This document shows, piece by piece, positions 17,769 to 26,450 of a stretch of 64,000 nucleotides of DNA. The stretch is from an archaeon (GTDB lineage: Archaea > Nanobdellota > Nanobdellia > Pacearchaeales > GW2011-AR1). Each line of letters begins with the position of its first letter. The first letter of the stretch is position 1. The position numbers were made by a program, and so were the translations under genes. A model generated the notes under the pieces. It saw only the letters and a program-made list of their open reading frames with translations, was not told the origin of the DNA and made no database searches. Where the stretch lies: positions 11,778 to 75,777 of the forward strand of contig JBDRNU010000003.1 in NCBI GenBank assembly GCA_043810775.1, given 5' to 3'.

Positions 17769-17933
17769 ATGGGAAATATAACTCTTAAAGGATTTATATG
17801 CGAGAGATGCACTCATAAATGGATTCCTAGAAATTTACAAGAGCCTAGAGTATGTCCAAAATGCAAGTCACCTTACTGGAATGTTCCCAGGAAGAAGAAA
17901 AAGAAAATGCAAAAAAAAGGAGGGTTGAAATGA
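17769..17933 (+). CDS. small zinc-ribbon protein (54 aa; not in ORF track)
   Basis: MGNITLKGFICERCTHKWIPRNLQEPRVCPKCKSPYWNVPRKKKKKMQKKGGLK. Has CxxC...CxxC and a basic tail. TATA lies about 25 nt upstream. Its stop overlaps the next start (ATGA at 17930). Confidence 0.55.
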   Translation: MGNITLKGFICERCTHKWIPRNLQEPRVCPKCKSPYWNVPRKKKKKMQKKGGLK

Positions 17934-18097
17934 TAGACTTATATAAATTGCAGGAAATTGCACAGCTTGTAGAAGCAATGAATGAAGCTGTCATGAAGCT
18001 GGAGATTGCTGAAAAAAAACAGGATTTTGAAAAAATTAAACGTGGAAAAGATGAAATCATGAATTTTAAAAATAATATAGATAGAATTTTAAAATGA
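17930..18097 (+). CDS. small coiled-coil protein (55 aa)
   Basis: MIDLYKLQEIAQLVEAMNEAVMKLEIAEKKQDFEKIKRGKDEIMNFKNNIDRILK. The ATG at 17930 is preferred because the track start at 17852 would overlap the zinc-ribbon ORF. Confidence 0.45.
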   Translation: MIDLYKLQEIAQLVEAMNEAVMKLEIAEKKQDFEKIKRGKDEIMNFKNNIDRILK

Positions 18098-18143
18098 AGA
18101 AATTAAAAAATTCAGCATTTCAAACTCCTGATGGAGATTTAAG

Positions 18144-19496
18144 ATGAACATTGAGGAACTAAAATATAATATTGAAATGGAAAAAGAAATAGTCAGAGAG
18201 CTATATTCTTTTGCAAATCAGTTTAATGAGCTATCACAGGAGACTTCAGCTGAAAAGTTAGGAAGAATAATAAAAAAACAAGAAGAGAGAGTAATGTTAC
18301 AAGCTATTAATTCTTTGATAGGCCAGTTAAGGATAATAAATAACTCTATTCCAGACTTGCTTAAAGGAGTTTCAGTATATAAGCAACTACCTGGTGAAAA
18401 TACAATTTCCCAGCAAAAAAAGCTTGTAAGTTTGAAGTATACTCCTGCATTTTCAAGAAAAAACATGAATGTAACTATAAAAGAAAAAGATATGAGGGAC
18501 TTTATGAGTGAACTTACAATAAGCAAGAATACTATAAAAAGAATAAAAAAATATAAAGAAGGCAAAAAAGAGCATTTAGTTGAATTTAAAAAAGCCAATA
18601 AATATGGAAGATTTGCAAATAAGCTTTTTTCTAAATCATCTAAAACTTTAATTAAAGAAGGTTATTTTAGAGCTGCTATCAATGACTTAAGAAAATCCAA
18701 TTTATCTGTTCTTTCAGGCACTTATGTTTCAATGATAATACTTTCAACTATTCTGGCATTTATTGCCGGAGTATTTTTATATGTATTTTTGATTTTTTTT
18801 AAAGTTTCTCTAACCTGGCCAATAATATCTGTTATTGACACTTCAATAGAGAGATTACTCTGGAATTTATGCATAATAATCATATTGCCTATTTTAACAT
18901 TTTTAGCATTTTATTATTATCCTGCATCAGAAGCTATGTCTTTAAAGAGAAAAATCGAGCAGGAAATTCCTTTTGTAGCTATTCATATGTCTGCAATAGC
19001 TGGCTCTGGCATAGAACCTAGCCAGATATTCAAAATAATTGCATTAAGCAGCGAATATAAATATACCAGGCAAGAAATAAGAAAAGTGCTCAATCAAATT
19101 AATGTTTATGGCTATGACTTATCTAATGCCCTGAAAAATTCTGCCAGAGCTACTTCAAGCCCAAAATTGTCAGAACTTTTTAAAGGATTGGCAACTACTA
19201 TAACTAGCGGGGGCAGTTTAAATGAATTTCTTGACAAAAGATCTGAATCCTTGCTGTTAGATTATAAATTAGAAAGAGAAAAATATTCTAAGATTGCGGA
19301 AACATTTATGGATATTTACATTAGTGTAGTTATAGCAGCGCCTATGATAATGATGCTATTATTAGTATTGATTAATATAAGTGGAATTAGTATTGGCCTT
19401 AGCATGATGGGATTTACTTTAGTTATCATACTCATAGTTTTTTTAATAAATATTGTATTTTTGGTGTTTTTGCAAATAAAACAACCAGCTTATTGA
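18144..19496 (+). CDS. pilus platform protein, T2SS-F domain (FlaJ/TadC-like), first half
   Basis: About 190-aa cytoplasmic N-domain, then TM helices flanking a T2SS-F-like segment (EIPFVAIHMSAIAGSGIEPSQIFKIIA...). Confidence 0.6.
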   Translation: MNIEELKYNIEMEKEIVRELYSFANQFNELSQETSAEKLGRIIKKQEERVMLQAINSLIGQLRIINNSIPDLLKGVSVYKQLPGENTISQQKKLVSLKYTPAFSRKNMNVTIKEKDMRDFMSELTISKNTIKRIKKYKEGKKEHLVEFKKANKYGRFANKLFSKSSKTLIKEGYFRAAINDLRKSNLSVLSGTYVSMIILSTILAFIAGVFLYVFLIFFKVSLTWPIISVIDTSIERLLWNLCIIIILPILTFLAFYYYPASEAMSLKRKIEQEIPFVAIHMSAIAGSGIEPSQIFKIIALSSEYKYTRQEIRKVLNQINVYGYDLSNALKNSARATSSPKLSELFKGLATTITSGGSLNEFLDKRSESLLLDYKLEREKYSKIAETFMDIYISVVIAAPMIMMLLLVLINISGISIGLSMMGFTLVIILIVFLINIVFLVFLQIKQPAY

Positions 19497-19502
19497 GATA
19501 AA

Positions 19503-20354
19503 ATGGAACTAGAAAAAAAACATATTATGGGCATAGTTTTTGCATTTATAATTTTGACAGTTAATATTATATTTTTAAGAGAAGAGGAAATATTTTACTT
19601 TATTATAGGAATTGCCCTGCTAATTGCTGTTTTGCCTTTTGTTGCTTCTTTATCACTTGAAAGTTCAAGGGCTAAAGAAAACGATGAAATGTTCTTGGAA
19701 TTTTCCAGGAATCTGGTAGAAAGTGTTAAATCTGGAACTCCTGTAAGCAAAAGCATTCTTCATGTTAGTGATAAAAACTACGGCTCTCTTTCCCCACATA
19801 TAAAAAAGCTGTCTAATCAAATAGCTATTGGGATTCCTGTTAAAGAGTCTTTAGAAATATTTGCCAGAGATGTAAATAGCTCAACTGTATCCAGAGCCGT
19901 CACTTTAATAAGTGAAGCTGAACAGGCAGGGGGAAGTATTGATATTATATTAGAATCTGTAGCTAAGTCTGTATCTACTTCTGAAAAACTGAAGAAAGAG
20001 AGGAAAGCTGCAATTTACAGCTTAATTGTACAGGGTTATATAATATTTTTTGTATTTATTGTAATAATGTTGATTATGCAGTACAAAATCCTTGCAATGA
20101 CAGTTGGAATAACTAGTACTGAAGGATTTGGGACAAGCAGCAGCGTAGAACAATTAGGAATTGGGCAGCAGCAAATCTCGCCTGAACAGTTTTCAATACC
20201 TTTTTTGATGCTTTTAATAACTCAGGGTTTTTTTGCTGGAATTATTATTGGGAAGCTATCAGAAGGTACAATTAAAGCTGGGCTTAAGCACTCATTTGCG
20301 CTTGTTATAATATCTGTATTAATCTCAACAGGAGCTAATGCATTTTTCAGCTAA
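19503..20354 (+). CDS. pilus platform protein, T2SS-F domain (FlaJ/TadB-like), second half
   Basis: TM - cytoplasmic T2SS-F-like segment (FLEFSRNLVESVKSGTPVSKSI...LISEAEQAGGSI) - TM helices. Same reading frame as 18144..19496, separated by TGA plus 2 codons. Confidence 0.6.
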   Translation: MELEKKHIMGIVFAFIILTVNIIFLREEEIFYFIIGIALLIAVLPFVASLSLESSRAKENDEMFLEFSRNLVESVKSGTPVSKSILHVSDKNYGSLSPHIKKLSNQIAIGIPVKESLEIFARDVNSSTVSRAVTLISEAEQAGGSIDIILESVAKSVSTSEKLKKERKAAIYSLIVQGYIIFFVFIVIMLIMQYKILAMTVGITSTEGFGTSSSVEQLGIGQQQISPEQFSIPFLMLLITQGFFAGIIIGKLSEGTIKAGLKHSFALVIISVLISTGANAFFS

Positions 20355-20385
20355 AATTTATAAAGAAAGAAAAATTACTAATAAA

Positions 20386-21075
20386 ATGAATAAAAGAGGA
20401 ATGAGCCATATTGAAATGATTGCTTCATTTTTAATATTTGTAGGCTTCCTGCTGTTTTTGCTGGCTTTTTTAAACCCAATTAAGGAAAGCCCTATTAATG
20501 AAAATTTACTTGATTTAGCTGAAAGGGGGATTATAGAAAGAGGAAGTGTTGAAATATTTAAAGCACAGATGTATTTAAAACAGCCATATTCCGGATGTTT
20601 TGGGTATGATTTAGATGTTAGCAGTGTTGTTGTTTTTAATGAAAAAGGAAATATTTTACAGGCTGATTATTCAGGAGGATATTTATATATAGATGCTACT
20701 TCTGGAGAGCTTTTTACAATACACTCTTTTATGGATTTAGAAGAAAATACATTTTCACCTGGCAGCTGCAGTATTTTTGACGAAGAGAATGTCACTTTAG
20801 GGCTATCAAAGAATTCTAAGGTTATATATTTTAATAGGCTAAGCAATTTCAGCCAGGAATATAATGATAATTATGAATCTGTAAGAAATAGTGTAAATCT
20901 ACCTTCAAGAAATGATTTTGGGTTTATACTAAGAACTAGTGGGGGAAATGAGATTATAAGAGCTATGAAAAGCACGCCTTCAGGGTTAAACGCGGTAGCT
21001 AGAGAAATACCTGTAGAGGTCTTATACAGAAATGGAACTATTTCATATGCTGTACTAAATGTTCGTATTTGGTGA
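20386..21075 (+). CDS. pilin-like protein with Glu at +5
   Basis: MNKRG|MSHIEMIASFLIFVGFLLFLLAFL. The internal ATG at 20386 is preferred over 20338, which overlaps the upstream gene. Confidence 0.6.
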   Translation: MNKRGMSHIEMIASFLIFVGFLLFLLAFLNPIKESPINENLLDLAERGIIERGSVEIFKAQMYLKQPYSGCFGYDLDVSSVVVFNEKGNILQADYSGGYLYIDATSGELFTIHSFMDLEENTFSPGSCSIFDEENVTLGLSKNSKVIYFNRLSNFSQEYNDNYESVRNSVNLPSRNDFGFILRTSGGNEIIRAMKSTPSGLNAVAREIPVEVLYRNGTISYAVLNVRIW

Positions 21076-21085
21076 GAATTGAAAC

Positions 21086-21475
21086 ATGAATAAAAAAGGA
21101 TGGTTACGAATTTTTGAAGCTTTTATAGCAGTAATACTAATTGCAGGTGTGCTTATAGTCTTGGTTTTAAATCAGAGAGCTGACAGGACTTTTGAAGATG
21201 ATATTCATAATTTAGAAAGGTCTATTTTAGTTGAGATTGCAGATAACCCTTCTTTAAGAAACAGCACCTTAAAAACAGATTTAGCCCCCATACTAGCTGT
21301 AGCTTCTCCAAAAATCCCACCTGGAATGAATTTTACTATGAGGGTATGCCCCATTGATGAGATATGCGGCTTGCAAGAATATAGAGAAGAGGTTTATGTT
21401 GAGGAAATTGTAATTTCCTCGACAATTGAAGAGTATGCTCCTAAAAAACTAAGGATATTTATATGGGAAGAATGA
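21086..21475 (+). CDS. pilin-like protein
   Basis: MNKKG|WLRIFEAFIAVILIAGVLIVLVL. Confidence 0.6.
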   Translation: MNKKGWLRIFEAFIAVILIAGVLIVLVLNQRADRTFEDDIHNLERSILVEIADNPSLRNSTLKTDLAPILAVASPKIPPGMNFTMRVCPIDEICGLQEYREEVYVEEIVISSTIEEYAPKKLRIFIWEE

Positions 21476-21879
21476 TGGAAAAATTCAAATTCCTTGAGCA
21501 TACAGCTGATATAAAATTTCAGGCTTACGGCAAGAGCATTGAAGAGGCATTTGAAAACTCGGCTTTAGCAATGTTTAACTGCATGTATGACAAGAAAGTT
21601 CAGCGCAAGATTAAGAAAAAAATAAAAGTTAAAGGAAAAGACAATGAATCCCTGCTTTATAACTTTCTTGAGGAATTATTATTTCTACTCGATACTGAAA
21701 ATTTCTTTTTATCTTCGGTAAAAGTGAAAATAAAAGGATTTGAATTGCAAGCAAGCTTGGAAGGAGATAAAGCCAAGAGTTACGAAATTCACTTAGATGT
21801 AAAGGCAGTTACTTATAATGAGATGTTTGTCAAGAAGCAAGGGAATAAATTTATATGCCAGGTAGTTGTGGATGTTTGA
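21472..21879 (+). CDS. archease
   Basis: MMEKFKFLEHTADIKFQAYGKSIEEAFEN...VKAVTYNEM. The ATG at 21472 overlaps the upstream TGA (ATGA). The track start at 21463 is in the same frame. Confidence 0.85.
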   Translation: MMEKFKFLEHTADIKFQAYGKSIEEAFENSALAMFNCMYDKKVQRKIKKKIKVKGKDNESLLYNFLEELLFLLDTENFFLSSVKVKIKGFELQASLEGDKAKSYEIHLDVKAVTYNEMFVKKQGNKFICQVVVDV

Positions 21880-21903
21880 AAAATCAAGAGATTTTTCAAG
21901 CCA

Positions 21904-21931
21904 CAAAAATCCCCATAAACTCGGATTTTTG
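21904..21931. terminator. hairpin between convergent genes (candidate bidirectional terminator)
   Basis: CAAAAATCC (21904..21912) pairs with GGATTTTTG (21923..21931), a 9-bp perfect stem with a 10-nt loop and T/A runs on both sides. Confidence 0.4.
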
Positions 21932-21943
21932 ATATTTGAATGA

Positions 21944-22306
21944 TTAAAGGTTATCCCAAAAAGTTCCATTATTAAGCGTATTTTTTAAGTCAAGTAAATC
22001 ATCGTAATCAACAGGATTTTCTCTTGTACCTAACTTTATTGAGGGACTTAATACTTTTTTAACTGTCTTTATATTTTTAGGAGTATTATCTCTTTTTTCA
22101 TATAAGATCCTAGTTCCAACATTATCCTCCATTTGATGCTCCTCTAAAGTAATTGTTCTTCCACACCCTGTACATTGAAAATAAGGAAATTCTACCTCTC
22201 CACCAGGTAGTTCAACTAATAAAGTTCCATTTCTTTGATAATTATGTTTATGCATGTCTAAAATATTCACATAAAAAATATCTCTTAATTTTTCTATTAT
22301 TGACAT
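21944..22306 (-). CDS. hypothetical protein with a single CxxC
   Basis: 120-aa ORF containing FQCTGCGRTI. No family recognised. Confidence 0.45.
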   Translation of the reverse strand: MSIIEKLRDIFYVNILDMHKHNYQRNGTLLVELPGGEVEFPYFQCTGCGRTITLEEHQMEDNVGTRILYEKRDNTPKNIKTVKKVLSPSIKLGTRENPVDYDDLLDLKNTLNNGTFWDNL

Positions 22307-22424
22307 TTTATTGTTGTATTTTTCTTAATTTAATAATATTATCGCCAATTTCTGTGTCTTTTTAAAGATTTCTATATTTAAATTATAAGGTAAAAATTAT
22401 AAACTTGATATTATACATTTAAGT

Positions 22425-23843
22425 ATGGAAATAAAAAAAATATCTAGCTATGAATGGAAAATAGCTAAAGAAGGAAGGATGAAAGTTCCAGTAGTAATTT
22501 ATGCTAGCGAGAAGCTTCTTGAAGCAATGAAACAGGATATAACTTTAGAGCAAGCCAGAAATGTAGCTTGTCTGCCAGGAATAGTTGAAAAATCAATTGT
22601 ATTACCAGATGCCCATCAGGGCTATGGTTTTAGTATTGGAGGGGTAGCCGCATTTAAACTAGACACTGGAATTATCTCACCAGGAGGAGTAGGATATGAT
22701 ATTAATTGTGGAGTTAGATTACTAACTAGCAACCTTAAAAAATCAGATATTGAAAGTAAAAAGAAAGAGATAATTAACCAGCTTTTTAGGGATGTTCCTA
22801 GCGGGGTGGGCAAAGGGGGAGCTATTAAGATAACAAGAGATGATATTAAAGAAATTCTGGAAAAAGGAAGTGAGTGGGCTGTAAAGAAAGGATATGGTAT
22901 AAAAGAAGATTTGGAAAGAACAGAAGATAATGGTTGCATTAAAGGAGCTAAAGCTGAAGATGTTTCTGATAGAGCTATAAAAAGAGGGTTGCCTCAACTT
23001 GGAAGCTTAGGAGCTGGAAATCATTTTCTAGAAATACAGGAAGTAGATGAAATTTATGACAAGGAAATAGCTAGCAAATTTGAAATAAAAGAAAAAGGGC
23101 AAGTAACTGTAATGATTCATTGTGGCTCAAGAGGACTAGGGCATCAGGTAGCTAGTGATTATATCAAGCTAATGGAAGATAAGTATGGATGGAAAAACCT
23201 GCCAGATAGGGAACTAATTAATGCGCCAATTAATTCTGAACTTGGGAAAAAATACTTAAGTGCAATGGCAGCTGCAGCTAATTTTGGTTTCTGCAACAGG
23301 CAGATGATTATGCAGTGGGTAAGAGATTCTTTCAATAAAATATTTGGAAAAGTTAAGCTAGATTTAATTTATGATGTTGCCCATAATGTAGCTAAAATTG
23401 AAGAGCATAATGTCAACGGTAAAATGACGAAATTATGCGTTCATAGGAAAGGAGCAACTAGAAGCTTTGGACCAGGAAGAAAGGAGCTTCCTGAAATTTA
23501 CAGAAAAACCGGACAGCCGATTCTCCTACCTGGAAGCATGGGTACTGCTTCATACTTGCTAGTAGGAACTGAAAAAGCAGAAGAGTTGACATTTGCAAGT
23601 ACTGCCCACGGAGCTGGCAGGAGCTGCAGTAGAACTTCTGCTTCAAAAAATTTAAGAGGTGAAGATATAAAACAAGAGCTTGAGAAAAAAGGTATAGAAA
23701 TAAAGGCTGGAAGCTGGAAAGGACTTGTTCAAGAAGCCCCTCAAGCTTACAAGGATATTGATGAGGTTGCCAAGGTTTCAGATGAAGTTGGTTTAGGCAA
23801 GCTAGTAGCTAGGTTAAAGCCAATTGCAGTAATGAAGGGATAA
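22425..23843 (+). CDS. rtcB: RNA-splicing ligase RtcB
   Basis: GYDINCGVRL, GAGNHFLEIQ, HCGSRGLGHQ, HGAGR. 472 aa with no intein. Confidence 0.9.
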   Translation: MEIKKISSYEWKIAKEGRMKVPVVIYASEKLLEAMKQDITLEQARNVACLPGIVEKSIVLPDAHQGYGFSIGGVAAFKLDTGIISPGGVGYDINCGVRLLTSNLKKSDIESKKKEIINQLFRDVPSGVGKGGAIKITRDDIKEILEKGSEWAVKKGYGIKEDLERTEDNGCIKGAKAEDVSDRAIKRGLPQLGSLGAGNHFLEIQEVDEIYDKEIASKFEIKEKGQVTVMIHCGSRGLGHQVASDYIKLMEDKYGWKNLPDRELINAPINSELGKKYLSAMAAAANFGFCNRQMIMQWVRDSFNKIFGKVKLDLIYDVAHNVAKIEEHNVNGKMTKLCVHRKGATRSFGPGRKELPEIYRKTGQPILLPGSMGTASYLLVGTEKAEELTFASTAHGAGRSCSRTSASKNLRGEDIKQELEKKGIEIKAGSWKGLVQEAPQAYKDIDEVAKVSDEVGLGKLVARLKPIAVMKG

Positions 23844-23894
23844 ACAATTAATTTAAAGGTAGAATTTAAAAATAAAGATTTCTTATATTAATTA

Positions 23895-26393
23895 ATGAAA
23901 AGAGGACGGTTACTAATATATTTTTTATTTGTAGTTTTATTAATTGGAAGTGTTAGTGCTTGGACTGTTACTAGCAATCCAACTGGAGGGGATGATGGGG
24001 CACTATCATCAGTAAGGGATGGTGATTATTTATATGCTGGTGGATTTGATTCTCTTCAATGGAGAATTGAGAAGAGAAGTATAATTGATGGAAGTTTAGT
24101 TACAAGTTTTAGTGGTGATGGAATTGTTACCAGTAATCCAAGTAGTTCTTCTGATGCTATATACTCTTTAGCAATTGATTCTTCGTATATATATGCTGCT
24201 GGATATGATTATTCTCCAGGTAATAATGCTCAATGGAGAATAGAAAAAAGGGATAAAACAACAGGTGCTTTAGTTACAAGTTTTGGTGGTGATGGCGTAA
24301 TTACTTTTAATCCAAGCGATACTGATCGTCTTTATGGGGCCGAAATTATTAAATCGATAGCAGTTGATGATAATTATCTATATATATTTGGAGAGGATTA
24401 TACCATTACTTATAATTCTAGATGGAGAATAGAAAAAAGGGATAAAACAACAGGTGCTTTAGTTACAAGTTTTAGTGGGGATGGAATTATAATTAGCAAC
24501 CCTAGTGATTCTTATGATACTCCATATTCTATAAAAGTTGATTCTTCTTATTTATACTTAGCAGGATCTTCTGTTGACGCTCCACATTGGAGAGTTGAAA
24601 AGAGAGATAAAACAACAGGTGCTTTAGTTACAAGTTTTGGTGGTGATGGTGTGATTGGAAGTACTGTTTCAACTGGATGGTTTTGCATTTTAGGATTACG
24701 TTCGTCAACTATTGAAGGCAATTATTTATATCTGGCAGGAAATGAGTGCACTGATGGTGGTGGGCTTCGGATAAGAATTGAAAAAAGAGATAAAACAACA
24801 GGTGCTTTAGTTACAAGTTTTGGTGGTGATGGGATAGTACAAGGTGCATCAAGTAGCGGCATTGCAAATTCTATAACCTCTGATTCATCTTACTTATACA
24901 TTGCTGGAGAAACATATTCTGGAAGCGAATCTTACTGGAGAGTTGAAAAGAGAGATATAAATACGGGTAATTTAGTTACGGCCTTTGATGGGGATGGCTT
25001 ATTCACTCTCAATCCTAGTGGAGGATATGATTCTATTTACTCTGCTACAGTTGATTCACTTTCATTATATCTTGTTGGATATCAATCTAGAACCATTCCT
25101 CCTGAAAGCAGCAACGGCCGATGGAGAATCCAGAAAATAGATAAAACAACTGGGGGGCCTCCAATAGTCCAAGTTTGTGGTGATAATAACATAGATCTTG
25201 GAGAACAGTGTGATGGAACCTCAACAGGCAGTTGTTTAGGAGCTTGTGATATGACTGATCCTGATGCCTGTACTTGTTATGAGTTTTGCGGGGATAATAT
25301 TACACAAAACCCTAATGATGATGGAGAAAATGAATCATGCGATGATGGAAATCTTATTAATGATGATGGATGCAGAAACAATTGCGTACTTCCAGAAATT
25401 TGCGGTGATGGAATTGATAATGATTTTGATGGTTTTACTGATTGCAGTGACAGTGATTGTATAGGTAGTCCGTTATGTTTTGGCATATCAGAAGCAAACT
25501 GGACTAATATGGAAGGAATTAAAATATTTAATGCTGACTTAAATGACAGAGTTAAATTATTTGCAACTGGAACAGCTTTTACAGGAGAGAACTTGACTTT
25601 TGAAATCTGGAAAGATATAAAATGGTGGTTTGACAGCAAGATAGCAAGTCTTGCTGGATTTGAATCAGTAAGCTGGAAAGCTAGTGAGCAAGGAAAATAC
25701 TATTTCAAGGTTGCTGAAGAGGGTGGAACCCCTATTAAATCGGATAATTTAACTGTCAGCAGTTTTGAAAATAATAGCGCGCCAATTGCAGGCATTGTTA
25801 ATCCAATTAATAAAAGAATATATTATAAAAATGTAGCTGTGAATTTTATCCAAAATAGCTCTGATATCGACGATAATATTACTATTTTATGGGATTTTGG
25901 TGATGGAAGCACATCAACTAATTATAATGACACCCATATTTACACTAGCACTGGGCAAAAGAGTATTAAACTTAAAGTTACAGATGAGAGAGGTTTATTT
26001 GATGAAGACCAGGTTAGTATACTAATTGTTGATCCTAATGCTGCTGATGGGAAATATTTATTTACTTACATTAGTGAGCCAAAATTTGGACAGATTTTTG
26101 ACCAGCAGGAAGTTAGATTTAATGCAAGCAGTACATATGCTATACATATTAATGTATCTTCAGGAGGCAATATATACTGTGTAGCTGGTTATTGCCCAGC
26201 TAGCACAGAATTAGGAGATCCAATAATTGATATAAGCCCTGGATTTAGCCCTTTGAAATTCTTTTGGGTATTTGATAAAGATAAATCTGGAAATAAGTTG
26301 AACTGGTCTTATCAGGGAATTTATGGGTCTGAATTTAAATGGACTTTTTCAGATACAGGAAGACATACCGCATTGCTTACTGTTGAATATTAA
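23895..26393 (+). CDS. secreted beta-propeller (delta-60-like repeats) / Cys-rich repeat / PKD-domain protein
   Basis: Signal peptide. About 7 blades with W-R-I/V-E-K-R-D-x-x-T-G-A-L-V-T-S-F-G-G-D-G. CGDN...GEQCD / CDDGN...DGC repeats. PKD-like WDFGDGSTS...YTSTGQKSIKLKVTDERG. Confidence 0.7.
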   Translation: MKRGRLLIYFLFVVLLIGSVSAWTVTSNPTGGDDGALSSVRDGDYLYAGGFDSLQWRIEKRSIIDGSLVTSFSGDGIVTSNPSSSSDAIYSLAIDSSYIYAAGYDYSPGNNAQWRIEKRDKTTGALVTSFGGDGVITFNPSDTDRLYGAEIIKSIAVDDNYLYIFGEDYTITYNSRWRIEKRDKTTGALVTSFSGDGIIISNPSDSYDTPYSIKVDSSYLYLAGSSVDAPHWRVEKRDKTTGALVTSFGGDGVIGSTVSTGWFCILGLRSSTIEGNYLYLAGNECTDGGGLRIRIEKRDKTTGALVTSFGGDGIVQGASSSGIANSITSDSSYLYIAGETYSGSESYWRVEKRDINTGNLVTAFDGDGLFTLNPSGGYDSIYSATVDSLSLYLVGYQSRTIPPESSNGRWRIQKIDKTTGGPPIVQVCGDNNIDLGEQCDGTSTGSCLGACDMTDPDACTCYEFCGDNITQNPNDDGENESCDDGNLINDDGCRNNCVLPEICGDGIDNDFDGFTDCSDSDCIGSPLCFGISEANWTNMEGIKIFNADLNDRVKLFATGTAFTGENLTFEIWKDIKWWFDSKIASLAGFESVSWKASEQGKYYFKVAEEGGTPIKSDNLTVSSFENNSAPIAGIVNPINKRIYYKNVAVNFIQNSSDIDDNITILWDFGDGSTSTNYNDTHIYTSTGQKSIKLKVTDERGLFDEDQVSILIVDPNAADGKYLFTYISEPKFGQIFDQQEVRFNASSTYAIHINVSSGGNIYCVAGYCPASTELGDPIIDISPGFSPLKFFWVFDKDKSGNKLNWSYQGIYGSEFKWTFSDTGRHTALLTVEY
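24252..24821. repeat. four identical 33-nt cores within diverged propeller blades
   Basis: gataaaacaacaggtgctttagttacaagtttt at 24252, 24441, 24606 and 24789. Flanking blade sequence differs. Confidence 0.85.
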
Positions 26394-26450
26394 CAATTAT
26401 ATCGACACAATAATGGTTAGATTTATAAATAAAATTTAACTTAAGAGAAT

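Noticed and set aside
19494-19496. Genome-wide TGA recoding suggested by the in-frame TGA between the two platform genes.
   Set aside because: TGA closes many well-delimited genes here, for example at 1206..1208, 21473..21475 and the mre11 stop at 49137..49139. In each case the stop is followed by a proper start or intergenic sequence. Reading through them would not extend homology.
24058-25180. A ~165-189-nt periodic repeat that might be mistaken for a CRISPR-like or tandem-repeat array.
   Set aside because: The period is irregular and in-frame. The conserved core encodes the DKTTGALVTSFGGDG strand of propeller blades within one long ORF. There are no unique spacers of uniform size and no cas genes.
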